Made by a program: the position numbers and the translations under genes. DNA of 64,000 bases from Pirellulales bacterium. GTDB taxonomy: Bacteria > Planctomycetota > Planctomycetia > Pirellulales > Lacipirellulaceae. Shown here piece by piece: positions 41,278-53,200 of this stretch. The stretch's first letter is position 1, and each line of letters opens with the position of its first letter. The notes under the pieces were generated by a model. It had not been told where the DNA came from. It made no database searches and saw nothing but the letters and a program-made list of their open reading frames with translations. Location of the stretch: contig JBGSRO010000107.1 in the NCBI GenBank assembly GCA_041737535.1, positions 6,399 to 70,398 on the forward strand, written 5' to 3'.

Positions 41278-42885
41278 ATGTTTTCCGGACTCGCTATGCT
41301 CGTCGGCGTCGGCCTTGCGATTGCGCTGCTTGTGCTTTCGGCTCAGTTAAATGGTTTGTTGCGAATTGCCGCGGCCACCGGTGCGGCTGTGGTGCTGTTC
41401 GCTGGTTTTACGCTGGCCAGCTTTGTCTACGTCGACGAAGATTCCGTCGGCCTTGTCACCAAAGAATGGGCCTTTGCGACCTTGCCCTCTGGCAAAATCA
41501 TCGCAACCGAGGGCGAAATGGGGCCACAGGCCAACATTCTCGGCCCCGGCTGGCACCCTTGGTATTGGCCAATGGTCTATAGCATTGACCTAGTGCCCCT
41601 CACCAACATCGAAAAGGGGAACCAGGGCATCATCACGGCTCGCGATGGGCTACCGCTTCCCGACGGGTCGGCTTACGCTCCCGAATGGACTGACGAACAA
41701 AAAAAGCAGATGACCGATGCCAAGTTTTTCTTGACCGAAGGGGGGGGCTATCGCGGACCGCAGGCGAGTGTTTTGGAGCCGGGTAGCTACCGCATCAACA
41801 CCAAACTGTTCGAAGTCAAGCAAGTCGAATTCGTCGACGTCGCAAAAGCGTCGGTCGGTGTCGTCAAGAGCAACGTTGGTGAACCAGCCGGTCCGCCCGC
41901 AGAGGGAGAGAGAGCGACTCGTTCGACACGGCTAGTGCTCGACGACCAACGGGGCATCCGCCGCGACCCGCTCACACCGGGACAGTATTACCGCAATACC
42001 GACGCCTATGAGATCACCAACATTTCGACAGCCAAACAAGTGACTCGTTACACCGACGCGACGTCGCGTCAGTCGGGCGAACACGAAGAGAGCCAAATCA
42101 TCGTCCGCACCAGCGACGGTTTCACGTTTCCGGTCGATGTCCGTGTTGAATACGAAATCGAACCGGCCAACGCGCCGCTGTTGGTGGCGACCGTTGGCGA
42201 CGATCAAGAAGGTCTGCGGAAGGTGATGAATTCGCAGGTGCGGGCCATCTTCCGCAACAATGCCGAGACGGTGAAGGCACTCGACTACGTGAAACAGCGC
42301 TCGCAACAGGAATCGCAATCGCTCAACATGTTGCAGGACGAGATGAGCCTGATTGGGGTGACCGTCACCGGAGTGCGAATCGGCGACGTGGGCGACGAAG
42401 AGACGCTCGGCACGCTGCTCAAGACGCAAACCGACCGTGAGTTGGCGCTGCAGGAACAAGAGACGTTCAAAGAACAGCAACGAGCGGCCGAACAGAAGAA
42501 AGAACTGACGCGCACCGAGCAAGAAGCAGAAGAAGAAAAGCGATTGGCCACTGCCAAATATGGTGTGCAAATTGGCGAACAAGACAAGCTGAAACAAATC
42601 ATCGAAGCCGAGGCCGAGGCCGAAGCGGTGAAAATCAAAGCCGAAGCCCAGGCGAACGCCTATCAGTTGATCGCCGAGCAAATCGGCAAAGGCAACGCCG
42701 CCCTGGTCGAAGTCTTAAAAGTCGTCGGCGAAAGTGGCATCGAAATCACCCCTCGGGTGATGGTCGTCAACGGCGCGAATGGCACCCCAAGCGGCGGCCA
42801 GATGGTTGGCGGCGACGCCCAAACCACGGCGCTGATTGGCACAATGCTTGACTCGATGATCTCAAAAGAGGAGCCGGCGAAGTAG
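41278..42885 (+). CDS. Flotillin-like SPFH/band-7 protein
   Basis: N-terminal TM region, SPFH-like core, long EA-rich coiled-coil (EAEAEAEAVKIKAEAQA). Start at the internal ATG (MFSGLAM). Confidence 0.7.
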   Translation: MFSGLAMLVGVGLAIALLVLSAQLNGLLRIAAATGAAVVLFAGFTLASFVYVDEDSVGLVTKEWAFATLPSGKIIATEGEMGPQANILGPGWHPWYWPMVYSIDLVPLTNIEKGNQGIITARDGLPLPDGSAYAPEWTDEQKKQMTDAKFFLTEGGGYRGPQASVLEPGSYRINTKLFEVKQVEFVDVAKASVGVVKSNVGEPAGPPAEGERATRSTRLVLDDQRGIRRDPLTPGQYYRNTDAYEITNISTAKQVTRYTDATSRQSGEHEESQIIVRTSDGFTFPVDVRVEYEIEPANAPLLVATVGDDQEGLRKVMNSQVRAIFRNNAETVKALDYVKQRSQQESQSLNMLQDEMSLIGVTVTGVRIGDVGDEETLGTLLKTQTDRELALQEQETFKEQQRAAEQKKELTRTEQEAEEEKRLATAKYGVQIGEQDKLKQIIEAEAEAEAVKIKAEAQANAYQLIAEQIGKGNAALVEVLKVVGESGIEITPRVMVVNGANGTPSGGQMVGGDAQTTALIGTMLDSMISKEEPAK

Positions 42886-43199
42886 GGCCGTCGATGCGAA
42901 AAACGGGCGATTCACCCCGTTCGTGAGCGCGATAATCGGGTGCCATGCCCGCAGAGGTGATCGGTCGATAGGAACATGCCAGCACGCGGCGCCAGCAAGT
43001 GATTTCAAGGCTCACTCGCTGGCGTGTCGTGCTTGTGTACTGGTATGTTTTCATCATCTGCTTGCCTCAGGGGCCCATGCAGCGCGACTTGGCTGACAGA
43101 ATGGACTAGCACCACTCCTGCCAATTGTGCTAATTGTCGGGGGAAAGCCATCGGTAGAATAGTGTGGCTTTGAACTGACATTACAGGAAATTCGTTGCC

Positions 43200-45074
43200 A
43201 TGATTCGCTCGCTGTTCGTTCTCGCCGTCTCCATTCTCACGTCTCCAGCAACTCTCGCAGCCGGGCCATCGGTCAAAGACGCCCTCGCTTTCGAGCCGAT
43301 TCAGGCCAACGTCGACTACGAACGGCCGACCGCTGCCGACGCCGAAAAAGCGACGATTAAAGCCGAGAAAGAGGGCAAAGCGACCGCCTGGGTCGTTCGC
43401 AATGGAAGCAATCAATTGCTCCGCCGCTTTGCCGACACCAATGCCGACAACATGGTCGACCAATGGAGCTATTTCAAAGATGGCCGCGAAGTCTATCGCG
43501 ACATCGATGGCAACTTCAACGGCAAAGCCGACCAGTATCGTTGGTTCCACATGTCTGGCACGCGTTGGGGAATCGACGCCAACGAAGATGGCGACATTGA
43601 GTCGTGGAAAGTGATCTCGCCCCACGAGGTTGCCGAGCTAGCAGTGACGGCACTTGCCCAACGCGACGCTCGTTTGTTTTCGACACTCATCGCCACCGAA
43701 CGCGAAATTACCGCGGCAGGCATGGGCGACACCGCAGCGACCGAAATGACCAAAAGCACGAAAGCAGCCATCAGTGGGTTTGCCAAAATGGCGAGCGACC
43801 AAAAGTCGGTGAGCAGTGGGTCGAAGTTTCTCAATTTCGGCGCGTCGCGCCCCGGATTGGTTCCGGCCGGCACCGACGGGTCGACTCGCGACGTCATCTA
43901 CTACGACAACGTCACGGCTCTCGTCGAAACTGGCGGCAAGCCCGAGCAGGTTTTCTTGGGCCAATTGATCGCCATCGACAACACCTGGAAACTCGTCACC
44001 CTGCCCCAATTGGGAGACGATGCCGCGCCGACAGGGCCTTATTCGTTTGCCGCGCAAGTGATACCTGGCGGAAACGCAGGCGGAGCGGCGCCGAGTGACG
44101 AAATGCAAACGTTGATGGACGAATTGTATAAGCTCGAAGGCCAAGCCGAGTCAGCTGGTCCCGACGCCATCGGCAAGCTGACTCAGCGGCGAACCGAGAT
44201 TCTTTTGCGGCTCGCACAAATCAGTCCACGCGACCAACAAAACGAGTGGTACGGTCAGCTTGCCGACATGCTGAGCGCGGCAGTGACGACCCATGGATAC
44301 AGCGATGGAATCCAATCGCTCGATCGCCTCATCGACCAACTCCGGCGGCAAAAAGCCGACGACGACACGATCGCCCATGTCCAGTTCCGCCGGATTTGGG
44401 CCGAATATGGTTTGGCCCAGCGCGACCCCAAAGCCGACGTGGCGAAGAATCAAGCAAGCTGGCTCGAGTCGCTCGAGAAGTTCGCCAGCGATCATCCCGA
44501 ATCTCCCGATGCGAGTGAGGCGATGTTGCAGCTCGGCATGGGTAATGAATTCGCGGGTGAAACCGAAGTGGCGACCAAGTGGTATCGCAAGCTGGCGACC
44601 GACTTTCCCGATTCCTTGGCCGGCCCGAAAGCGGCCGGCGCGATTCGTCGACTCGATTCGATTGGCAAGGCAATTCCGCTCGCAGGCAAATCGCTTGACG
44701 GCAGCCCGCTCGACTTGCGAAGCTACCGCGGCAAAGTCGTCGTCGTGCAGTACTGGGCCACATGGTGCGGCCCCTGCAAAGATGACATGAAGAAGCTCGC
44801 CGAACTCTACGCCAAGTATAATCGCAATGGCTTCGAAGTGATCGGCGTCAATCTCGACTCGTCGAACGATTTAGCCAAGGCGTACGTCACGCAGCAACGC
44901 ATTCCGTGGAAGATACTTGCCGATGGCGATGGTCTCGACGGACGACTCGCCAACGAAATGGGAGTCAACACGCTACCACTCATGCTGCTCGTCGACGGCG
45001 AGGGGAAAGTGGTGAGCCGTAGTCTCTACATCACCGAAGTCGAAGACGAGCTCAAACGACTACTGACCAAGTAG
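43200..45074 (+). CDS. Secreted thiol:disulfide oxidoreductase (TlpA/ResA-like thioredoxin domain) with large N-terminal helical domain
   Basis: Signal peptide. C-terminal VVVVQYWATWCGPCKDDMKKLAEL (CxxC thioredoxin fold). Confidence 0.7.
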   Translation: MIRSLFVLAVSILTSPATLAAGPSVKDALAFEPIQANVDYERPTAADAEKATIKAEKEGKATAWVVRNGSNQLLRRFADTNADNMVDQWSYFKDGREVYRDIDGNFNGKADQYRWFHMSGTRWGIDANEDGDIESWKVISPHEVAELAVTALAQRDARLFSTLIATEREITAAGMGDTAATEMTKSTKAAISGFAKMASDQKSVSSGSKFLNFGASRPGLVPAGTDGSTRDVIYYDNVTALVETGGKPEQVFLGQLIAIDNTWKLVTLPQLGDDAAPTGPYSFAAQVIPGGNAGGAAPSDEMQTLMDELYKLEGQAESAGPDAIGKLTQRRTEILLRLAQISPRDQQNEWYGQLADMLSAAVTTHGYSDGIQSLDRLIDQLRRQKADDDTIAHVQFRRIWAEYGLAQRDPKADVAKNQASWLESLEKFASDHPESPDASEAMLQLGMGNEFAGETEVATKWYRKLATDFPDSLAGPKAAGAIRRLDSIGKAIPLAGKSLDGSPLDLRSYRGKVVVVQYWATWCGPCKDDMKKLAELYAKYNRNGFEVIGVNLDSSNDLAKAYVTQQRIPWKILADGDGLDGRLANEMGVNTLPLMLLVDGEGKVVSRSLYITEVEDELKRLLTK

Positions 45075-46317
45075 TCAACAAGCTTAGTAGAACTCGCCAA
45101 AGTCTTTGGCTTCTCGTTAGGCAATTCGCTTATTTCGGCGTCCGCCGATGCCCGGGCCGGGGTTGTGCTGTGCGCTCTTGCGACGAGCACGTTTGCGAAG
45201 CGCCTTATACGACTTGCGGCTGTAGTCGTTCCGACGGTGTTCGTCTTGGTCGCCCGAGTTGTGGCCGAAGTCGATGTCGGCGTTGATGAGGTAGCTGGCA
45301 ACCGGGCTTGTGTATTCCATGAGTGCGATCCCTTGCGATGATTTGAACAGTAGCAAACCTAGAGCTGTTGATGATGCGATTAGCGATAGCCGGTGAAGGC
45401 CTTCGCGCGACGGTGAGACAGCAAGATGTGTGCCGAAGCGAGATTCGCAGATCGACGATTTCGACCGCGAGCCGCTCGCGATGAAAAAACGCCGGTAATC
45501 TGTGATCGATTCCCGTCTTCTCAATCAATACTCTGGCATTTCGTCGGGCGGTCGGCCATTGAACAATGGTCTGCAATGCACCTGCCTGGTGTATCGCTCA
45601 TCAAATGCCGTAAGTTGTTGCCTGCCAACGATTTGTAAATCGGCCACGAACATCTGGCCACTTGGCGGACGCTAAATCACAACAGTCAAAGCACCGCAAC
45701 TAGTGACGCCACAAGAGTTTACGCATGGTCCACAAAAGCGAGGAGACGGTTTCACAATAATTGTGAAACACCCCTCTTGCAGTGGGTGGCGGAACACGGC
45801 GCGCAGCTCCGCCACAAGTCGGTCGACTCGCAGGAAGTCGTAACCGGTCCAGGGCACAACCCGACCTATGCCTCGGTTGGCAGTTCGTGAGCAGCAGGCG
45901 CGACTCGTCGCAGCGTCGTGCTCGATCGTGTTTCGCCGTTCGGTACCGATAAGGTTGCCAACGGTCAACACACTCGCGCGCGCCAGCGACAACCGCTGTT
46001 CGAATTTTCTGGCTGAGACGAAATCAGCCACTGTTTCGGTTTCGTCGTAGCGAAACGTAGCCACGCAAGTTGCGCGTTCATTCGCCAGCTGAGGGGCAAT
46101 TAACGTGCCCCGCCAACTACGAAGTGAAGGATTTCACCATTCGGCAGCTCCTCAGCACCGCCCTTACGACGCATTGCCCGCCCGCAGTGAGTTTGCTACC
46201 ATGCGGGACTTGCGAGTGGTCAAAGTAGGTGGGTCATCGTGCGCCCATGGGCTGCTAGCAGAGTCTCTAACCCCTGAGGCGAGTCGGCGTTTGCCCGATT
46301 CGCCGAATGTGAGTCAA

Positions 46318-48120
46318 ATGGTAAACCGTAATCTCATTCGTGAATTTGAAGTAACCGACGAGGATTGGAACGCAGCGATTGGTCTTGAAGAACCAGACGA
46401 GTCGTTGTGGCTAGAAACCGAAGACGTATCGATCAACCAGATTGTCGAGGGCAAGATTCTCCGCCTCGACAACGAGTTCGCCATCGTCGATGTCGGCTAC
46501 AAAAGCGAGGGCATGGTCGCTCGCGACGAATGGGAAGAAGGCGAAAAGCCCCCCGAAATTGGCGACACCATACGCGTGCTCGTCGAAGATGTTGAAGATG
46601 TTGCCGGTCGCCACGACGAGCGCGGCATGATCGTACTGAGCAAGCGGAAAGCTGAGAAGATCGAGAAGTGGATCTCGGTCATGGAGAACGTCCACGAGGG
46701 AGACGTGGTCAAAGGCAAAGTCACTCGCAAGATCAAGGGTGGTTTGCTAGTGGATATTGGCGTCAACGTCTTTTTGCCGGCGAGCCAAGTCGATATCCGG
46801 CGTCCCCACGACATTGGCGAGTACATCGATCAAGAGATCGAGTGCATGGTGCTCAAGATCGACGACGAACGCCGCAATATCGTGGTGAGCCGTCGCAGCC
46901 TTATCGAACAAGAACGGGCCACCAAGAAAACGTCGCTACTCAAGGAACTCGAGACGGGCCAAATTCGCAAGGGGGTTGTCAAGAACCTCGCCGACTTTGG
47001 TGCCTTCGTCGACCTGGGTGGCATCGACGGACTGTTGCACATCACCGACATGAGTTGGGGTCGAATCAACCATCCATCCGAGATGGTGAAAATTGACGAC
47101 GAAGTCGAAGTGATGGTGCTTCACATCGATTACGAGAAAGAAAAAATCGCGCTCGGCATGAAGCAGAAGCACGCCAGCCCTTGGGACAATGTCGCCACCA
47201 AATATCCGGTCGGCGCAAAGGTCACTGGCGAAGTCGTGAACGTCATGACCTATGGTGCCTTCGTCAAACTCGAAGATGGCATCGAAGGACTGGTACACAT
47301 CAGCGAAATGTCGTGGACCAAGCGAATCAACCACCCCACCGAACTCGTCAACATCAGTGATGAAGTCGAAGTTGTGGTGCTCAACATCAATGAAGATAAG
47401 CAAGAGATTTCGCTCGGCATGAAGCAGACCCAAGACAACCCTTGGGATGCGGCCATCTCGAAGTACCCCGCCGGCACCGTGGTCAAAGGCAAAGTTCGCA
47501 ACCTCACCAACTATGGAGCCTTCATCGAAATCGAAGAAGGAATCGATGGGCTGTTGCACGTCAGTGATATGAGCTGGACCCGCAAAGTGGGGCACCCGAG
47601 TGAAGTCGTTGAAAAAGGACAAGAGCTGCAGTGCAAGATTTTGTCGGTCGACGAAGATCGCCGGCGAATCGCCCTGGGGCTTAAGCAACTCGACGACGAC
47701 CCGTGGGCGACCGACATCCCAAGTCGCTATGAGCCAGGCCAATTGGTCACCGGAAAGGTTACCAAGATCACCAACTTTGGTGTCTTTGTGGGACTCGAAG
47801 AGGGACTCGAAGGACTGCTGCATATTTCGGAACTGGCCGACCACAAGGTCGAGAACCCGGCCGAAATGGTGAACGTCGGCGACGACATGGAAGTCAAGAT
47901 TCTTCGCGTCGACATCGACGACCGCAAAATCGGCCTCTCACGTAAGCGAGTCGAATGGGGCGAAGACGACGGCATCGAGCCCGATGGCACAACGACCGAC
48001 TCGCCGGCGTCGAGCGTTCCTGCGGCCGAACTCAAAGGTGGCATCGGCGACGGCGGAGGCCCGCTCTTCAAAGCGGCTACGACCGAAACGGAATCGGCAA
48101 CTGCCGAAGTGCCCGAATAG
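46318..48120 (+). CDS. rpsA: 30S ribosomal protein S1
   Basis: Six repeated S1 domains (e.g. GDVVKGKVTRKIKGGLLVDIG, GKVRNLTNYGAFIEI). Start at the internal ATG (MVNRNLI); the track ORF starts at 46105. Confidence 0.85.
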   Translation: MVNRNLIREFEVTDEDWNAAIGLEEPDESLWLETEDVSINQIVEGKILRLDNEFAIVDVGYKSEGMVARDEWEEGEKPPEIGDTIRVLVEDVEDVAGRHDERGMIVLSKRKAEKIEKWISVMENVHEGDVVKGKVTRKIKGGLLVDIGVNVFLPASQVDIRRPHDIGEYIDQEIECMVLKIDDERRNIVVSRRSLIEQERATKKTSLLKELETGQIRKGVVKNLADFGAFVDLGGIDGLLHITDMSWGRINHPSEMVKIDDEVEVMVLHIDYEKEKIALGMKQKHASPWDNVATKYPVGAKVTGEVVNVMTYGAFVKLEDGIEGLVHISEMSWTKRINHPTELVNISDEVEVVVLNINEDKQEISLGMKQTQDNPWDAAISKYPAGTVVKGKVRNLTNYGAFIEIEEGIDGLLHVSDMSWTRKVGHPSEVVEKGQELQCKILSVDEDRRRIALGLKQLDDDPWATDIPSRYEPGQLVTGKVTKITNFGVFVGLEEGLEGLLHISELADHKVENPAEMVNVGDDMEVKILRVDIDDRKIGLSRKRVEWGEDDGIEPDGTTTDSPASSVPAAELKGGIGDGGGPLFKAATTETESATAEVPE

Positions 48121-48455
48121 CCGCAATAGTCAGCCTAAAGGCGACAACCCAACGACCCCGCATAGGTAGACCTTTGCGGGGTCGTGCTGTTGGGTTGCGG
48201 CGATTGCAAGCCGAAAAAGGGTAATTGCAAGACAAAAAATTGTTTGGGTCAGCAGTTCTTGTTTCGTACTTTGCGATTTGCATGATCCCCCCACCCGCTA
48301 CACCCGGCGCACTTTGCCTTTGTGGGGTAATTTTCCAGCGGACCGGTGTGGGGGGTCGATACCTCTTGCTAGCACACACTCCGCCGCGACCCGGCTTGTC
48401 GACTCGTGAGTCGAGCCTCGCCCCGCGCCTGCGTCCCGCCCCCGGCTCTCCGCTC

Positions 48456-49334
48456 ATGTCCAGCTCCACCAAGAAACGAAAAGTCTCCTCGGCCGTTCAG
48501 TCGCCGCTCGAGACCTATTTGCGTGAGATCAACGAAACCTCGCTGCTAAATGCACGCGAAGAAAAAGAGTTGGCCGTAGCCATCGGCAACGGCGACACGG
48601 CTGCTCGCGATCGGATGGTCCGCGCAAACCTACGGCTTGTCGTCAACATCGCCCGTGGCTACGCCGGCAAGGGACTGGGGCTTCAAGACCTAATCGAAGA
48701 AGGCAACCTCGGACTATTGCGGGCGGTCGAAGGCTTCGACCCGGCGATGGGAACCCGCTTCAGCACTTACGCCAGCTACTGGATCAAGCAGTCGATCAAG
48801 CGAGCACTCATCAACACGGGCAAGACGATTCGCATCCCGGCCTATATGGTCGAACTGCTCAGCAAGTGGCGCCGTGCGAGTGCCCGGCTGACCGAAGAGC
48901 TCGACCGAACGCCGACCCCCGAAGAAATCGCCCGGGTGTTGGGTCTGCCCAAGAAGAAGCTGCCGATCATCAAGAAGGCGATCAAGATTTACAACGCCAC
49001 GCCACAAACCGACCAAGCCGACGCCGGTTGGACGCTGGGCGAGATGGTGATGGACGAAAAGCAGCTCAGCCCCGACGAAACGCTGCTCGAGTCCGACAGC
49101 CTTCGGCACGTGCTGGCAATGCTCGAAACGATGGACCAGCGCGAAGCGACTGTGCTAAAGCTCAGGTTCGGTCTCGATGGCGACGACCCGCGAACGCTCA
49201 AGGAGATTGGCGAGCAGCTCGGCCTCACTCGCGAGCGCGTCCGCCAGATCGAAACCGAAGCGCTCGGCAAAATGGCTACCAGCCTCGAAGACACACCGAA
49301 TCACATGAGTTTCGTCGAGCGGCTTAAAAAGTAG
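48456..49334 (+). CDS. RNA polymerase sigma-70 family factor (group 2-like)
   Basis: Region 2 (DLIEEGNLGLLRAVEGFDP…FSTYASYWIKQSI), region 3, region 4 HTH (TLKEIGEQLGLTRERVRQIE). Short N-terminus. Start at the internal ATG 48456. Confidence 0.75.
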   Translation: MSSSTKKRKVSSAVQSPLETYLREINETSLLNAREEKELAVAIGNGDTAARDRMVRANLRLVVNIARGYAGKGLGLQDLIEEGNLGLLRAVEGFDPAMGTRFSTYASYWIKQSIKRALINTGKTIRIPAYMVELLSKWRRASARLTEELDRTPTPEEIARVLGLPKKKLPIIKKAIKIYNATPQTDQADAGWTLGEMVMDEKQLSPDETLLESDSLRHVLAMLETMDQREATVLKLRFGLDGDDPRTLKEIGEQLGLTRERVRQIETEALGKMATSLEDTPNHMSFVERLKK

Positions 49335-49482
49335 CTCGGGGGAGAGGTCAGCCAGACTCGTTCGCTTCGCGAACGCGATCGGCAGCGAAGTTGTCTTTCT
49401 TGCAGATAGCTGAGCGCTGACAGTTGACCGCTACGAGACTATGCTTGATGTCGAAACTGGCACTTAGACATCGGGACGTTGT

Positions 49483-50202
49483 ATGCTTCGCTCTGAAAAT
49501 CGCTCCGACGCCCAGTTGCGTCCGTTCAAACTCACGCCCCACTTCGCCACGAACGCCGCTGGCAGTGTGCTCGTCGAGGCGGGGCAGACGATGGTGCTTT
49601 GTACCGCCAGCGTTTCGCGCGATGTTCCCCCTTGGATGGTCGGCAAGGGGAAAGGCTGGGTCACAGCCGAATACAGCATGTTGCCCGGCAGCACGAGCCC
49701 GCGAAAACCGCGCGAGCGGCAGAAGGTCGACGGACGCACGACCGAAATCCAGCGACTCATCGGCCGGAGTCTCCGCGCCGTGGTCGACCTCGACCGGCTT
49801 GGCGAGCGTTCGGTGACCGTCGACTGCGATGTGCTTAGGGCCGATGGCGGAACGCGAACCGCAAGCATCACTGGTGGCTTTGTGGCACTCGCGCTCGCGC
49901 TCGCGGCCAGTGAGTGCCAGGACGAAGCCGGCAACTTACCGCTCACCGATAGTGTCGCTGCCGTGAGTGTAGGGGTAGTCGATGGCCGGGTGCTGGTCGA
50001 TCTCGATTACGCCGAGGACTTCGCCGCTGCGGTCGACATGAATGTCGTCATGACCGGCGCGGGCCGATATGTCGAGGTCCAAGGGACCGGCGAAGAAGCG
50101 ACCTTTAGCCACGACGAACTAATCGCACTCACAAAAGCGGCCAGCGGGGCAATTGGCCAACTGGCGGCAAATCAGAGTGAAATCTTGGCGAATTTTCGCT
50201 AG
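49483..50202 (+). CDS. rph: Ribonuclease PH
   Basis: RNase PH motifs (GSVLVEAGQTMVLCTAS…, DCDVLRADGGTRTASITGGFVAL). Confidence 0.85.
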   Translation: MLRSENRSDAQLRPFKLTPHFATNAAGSVLVEAGQTMVLCTASVSRDVPPWMVGKGKGWVTAEYSMLPGSTSPRKPRERQKVDGRTTEIQRLIGRSLRAVVDLDRLGERSVTVDCDVLRADGGTRTASITGGFVALALALAASECQDEAGNLPLTDSVAAVSVGVVDGRVLVDLDYAEDFAAAVDMNVVMTGAGRYVEVQGTGEEATFSHDELIALTKAASGAIGQLAANQSEILANFR

Positions 50203-50233
50203 CTCAATTGTTCGCTTGCTCAAGTGATTGACG

Positions 50234-53200
50234 TTAGAACTGAGCGGCACCACCGCCTGCACCACCGCCTGCACCGCCGCCTGCGCCACCACCTGCACCA
50301 CCGTCTCCATTTCCGTCGCCATTTCCGTTATCCTGCTGGGTGCCGGCACCGGCGAACGTAAAGGTGGTCACGTCGCCAATGGTCGAGAACTGTGATCCTT
50401 GCAAATTCGTGAAGCGAACGTACCGGCGGTCGGCTGAAATCACGGCCGTGATGCTAAATTGAGTGCCGTCGGGCAAGACTTGGATGACTGGTTGAAACCC
50501 AACGGCACCGCGAGCACCCGCTGCAAGCAAGCGATTGCGGCGATTTTGCTCGGCGGCACCGGGTCGCACCGGAATGGCTCCGACATCGGCCATCGAACCG
50601 AGTTGCTGGTTGAGCACGGCCCGGCCAATTTTTTCTTGACGCCCGGCAGCGGCCGACACCTGAGCAGCCGCGAGCGGCACGTCGCGTCGACCGCCGGTGA
50701 GTTCAAAGTTCACGATGGCGCCATCTTTACCTAGTTCGACTTGCTGACGCTGGTGTGTTGCTGTGGGGCTGTTGTAATTCGTGTAGACATCGACGGTAAC
50801 TTTGTTGGCGGTCACTTTGCCCCACACGGGCTGAATCTTGGCGCGATAAGACCCGTCGAATCCGACCGGACAGACATAGGTTTCGGTAAACAGACCCGTA
50901 TCACCACCGCCAGCGACGCTGAAGCTGTCGCCCAGGCTTACACCACCGGCAATCGTGCGCGGTTCATGTGTCGAACAAACCGTGCCGATCGGTTCTTCGA
51001 CGATTAGGTCGAGATCGGCATCGCCGGTCCAGGTGATTCGCACGACGCAGTCGCGCTTGAGCGCGGCGGCAAGTTTTGACTGATAGTTGTCGAGCGCGGC
51101 TTGGTCGCCTTCGCTCGCGAGTCGGTCGACGGTCGTTTGTGCGAGGCGAAGCGCTGTGTCGCGGATAAAGTCTTGGTTCTCGGGCCAAGCCTGTCCGATG
51201 ACACCGATAGTCGACCACTTGAGCGTATCGACATCTTCGGTCCGCTCACCGCAGCGCAGGCCAAGCAAGTAGGCTTCGGCCCGCTGTGGATCGATTTTGA
51301 CGACTTGGTGATAGAGCTTGCCGGCACGCTCGTCGAGATCGAGCTTTTGCAGGTACTGGGCGATAAACATCAGCTCGTCGGCCGAGGTGCTGAAATCGAC
51401 GGCCGACATAACGGCACGTTCGATCTGTGGCTTGGGCATTCCTTCGAGCTGCATTGCGATGCCGAGCGATTCGTACATCCAAGACTGAGGCTGACCGTGC
51501 CTCAGCGCCGATTGGATGAGAGCGACGACGTGATCGTAACGCCCCGCCTTCATAAGGTCGCGCACCTGTCCGCGAACGCTCGCCAAGTCGCGACGGCCAG
51601 CCGCGAAGTGCGTGTCCCAGAAAACTTCGGGTGCGATGTTTTCGTCGATTTTCACCGCCGCCGACAATTCCTTTGCCGAGCGACGCTCGACACGCGGAGC
51701 GGGCTCAGCGGCCGGTTGCTGGATTTGTCCCTGCGCGCCGTTTTCGACAGCTTTGTCGGTCGCCACAACAGTGACTTCGGTCGTATCGTCGGGCACGCTA
51801 AACGCACCGCCACCACCGAAACCACCCTGGCCACCACCGCCACCACCGAAGCCACCGCCACCACCGCCAAAACCACCACCGCCGCCTTGCTGGCCAGCAA
51901 TGCCGCCTTGTCCACCAAAGCCACCCTGTCCGCCACCCGTATCGGGAATCGGCAATACCAAGTCGGCCACGGGATAGACTTTAACCGTGAGTCGCGTGGC
52001 CGCTTCATCGACGCTGGTGATCAGCAGCACTTCGTCGTCGATGACGTAAGTCAGGTCGAGGTCTTTGAGCATCAGCTTGAGTGCCGATCGCAACGTGACG
52101 TTTCGCAAGTTGACGGTAATCGGTTCGTCGGGAGCGATACCGAGCTCGTCGAGGGCACGGCGGTCGAGTTGAATTTCGATATCGTACTCGTCGCGCAAGA
52201 ACGATACGACTTCTTCGAGGGGCGTTTCGAGGAACTCGAGTCCCAAGTTATTGAGCGGCGACGACAGTGCTTGACTGATCGCTTGCTCGGCACCACCCTG
52301 TCCTTTGAGGTCGACCGCAGCATACTTTTTGCGACGGTTCGTAAGGTCTTCCCAGACGTCGGCGTCGGGATAGACGATCGGCGGTTCGTCGGGGAAGGGA
52401 ATCGCCGACAGTTCGACTTGATGCCATGTCTCCCACGACGAGCGATGGCGAAGCGCGCGGGTCGCCTCTTGTAAGAAAATGGCTCGTTCGAGGCCCGACC
52501 AAACGGTCGCAACCCGCGCGATCACGCTGTGGGGTTTGATCTCTTCGACGATCTGCGCCACCTCTTCGGCTTCTTGAAAACGTTGTTCGTCCATCAGCGC
52601 GTTGAACCGCGACATCAACTGATCGACGCTTTCTTCTTCGCGCATTAAGCGGGCATAGATCAGCTTTTGTTCGCGAACCGCTGCCGCTCGCTCTTCGATC
52701 TCGCGATCGAGGTCGGCCTTAATGGCCTCGACGCGGGCCACTTCTTGCAGCGTGGCTGTCAGGCGATTGACGAGCTGTGCGCGGACCTCGGCGATCAACT
52801 CGGGAGCTAGCCGCACATTCTCGAGAGTGAGCTTCAGGTCTTGGCGAGCCGTTTCGGGGTCGGCACGCATGCCATTGCGAGCTTGATCGATGGCAACGCT
52901 GACTTCTTTTTCGAGCATCTCGGCGAAGAGCCGGTTGTTGCGTTCGATTTCGCCAATGTAGGTACCGTCGGAAACTTCGCCCGGCGTGGGGACACCCTCG
53001 ACCATGTCGCCGCGCAAAGTGAGCGTGTCGCCCGCTTCGGGTGCGACAAGTGTGGTTTGAACGAACATTGCTTTGATGCGGCCGTGACTGTTCGTTCGCA
53101 CAGCGTTCTCCTCGGCCTTCACGCGCGGCTTAATGCCTTTGGTCGTGAGCCGATGGACGGTCGCGGCGCGCATGTTGTTCGGGTCGCTTTCGAGGATATT

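Noticed and set aside
41932-42681. 249-aa minus-strand ORF
   Set aside because: Antisense to the flotillin-like gene. Leu/Phe-rich mirror of the EA-rich coiled coil.
46936-47844. 302-aa minus-strand ORF
   Set aside because: Antisense to rpsA (S1 repeats are clear on the + strand). This is a GC-rich shadow frame.
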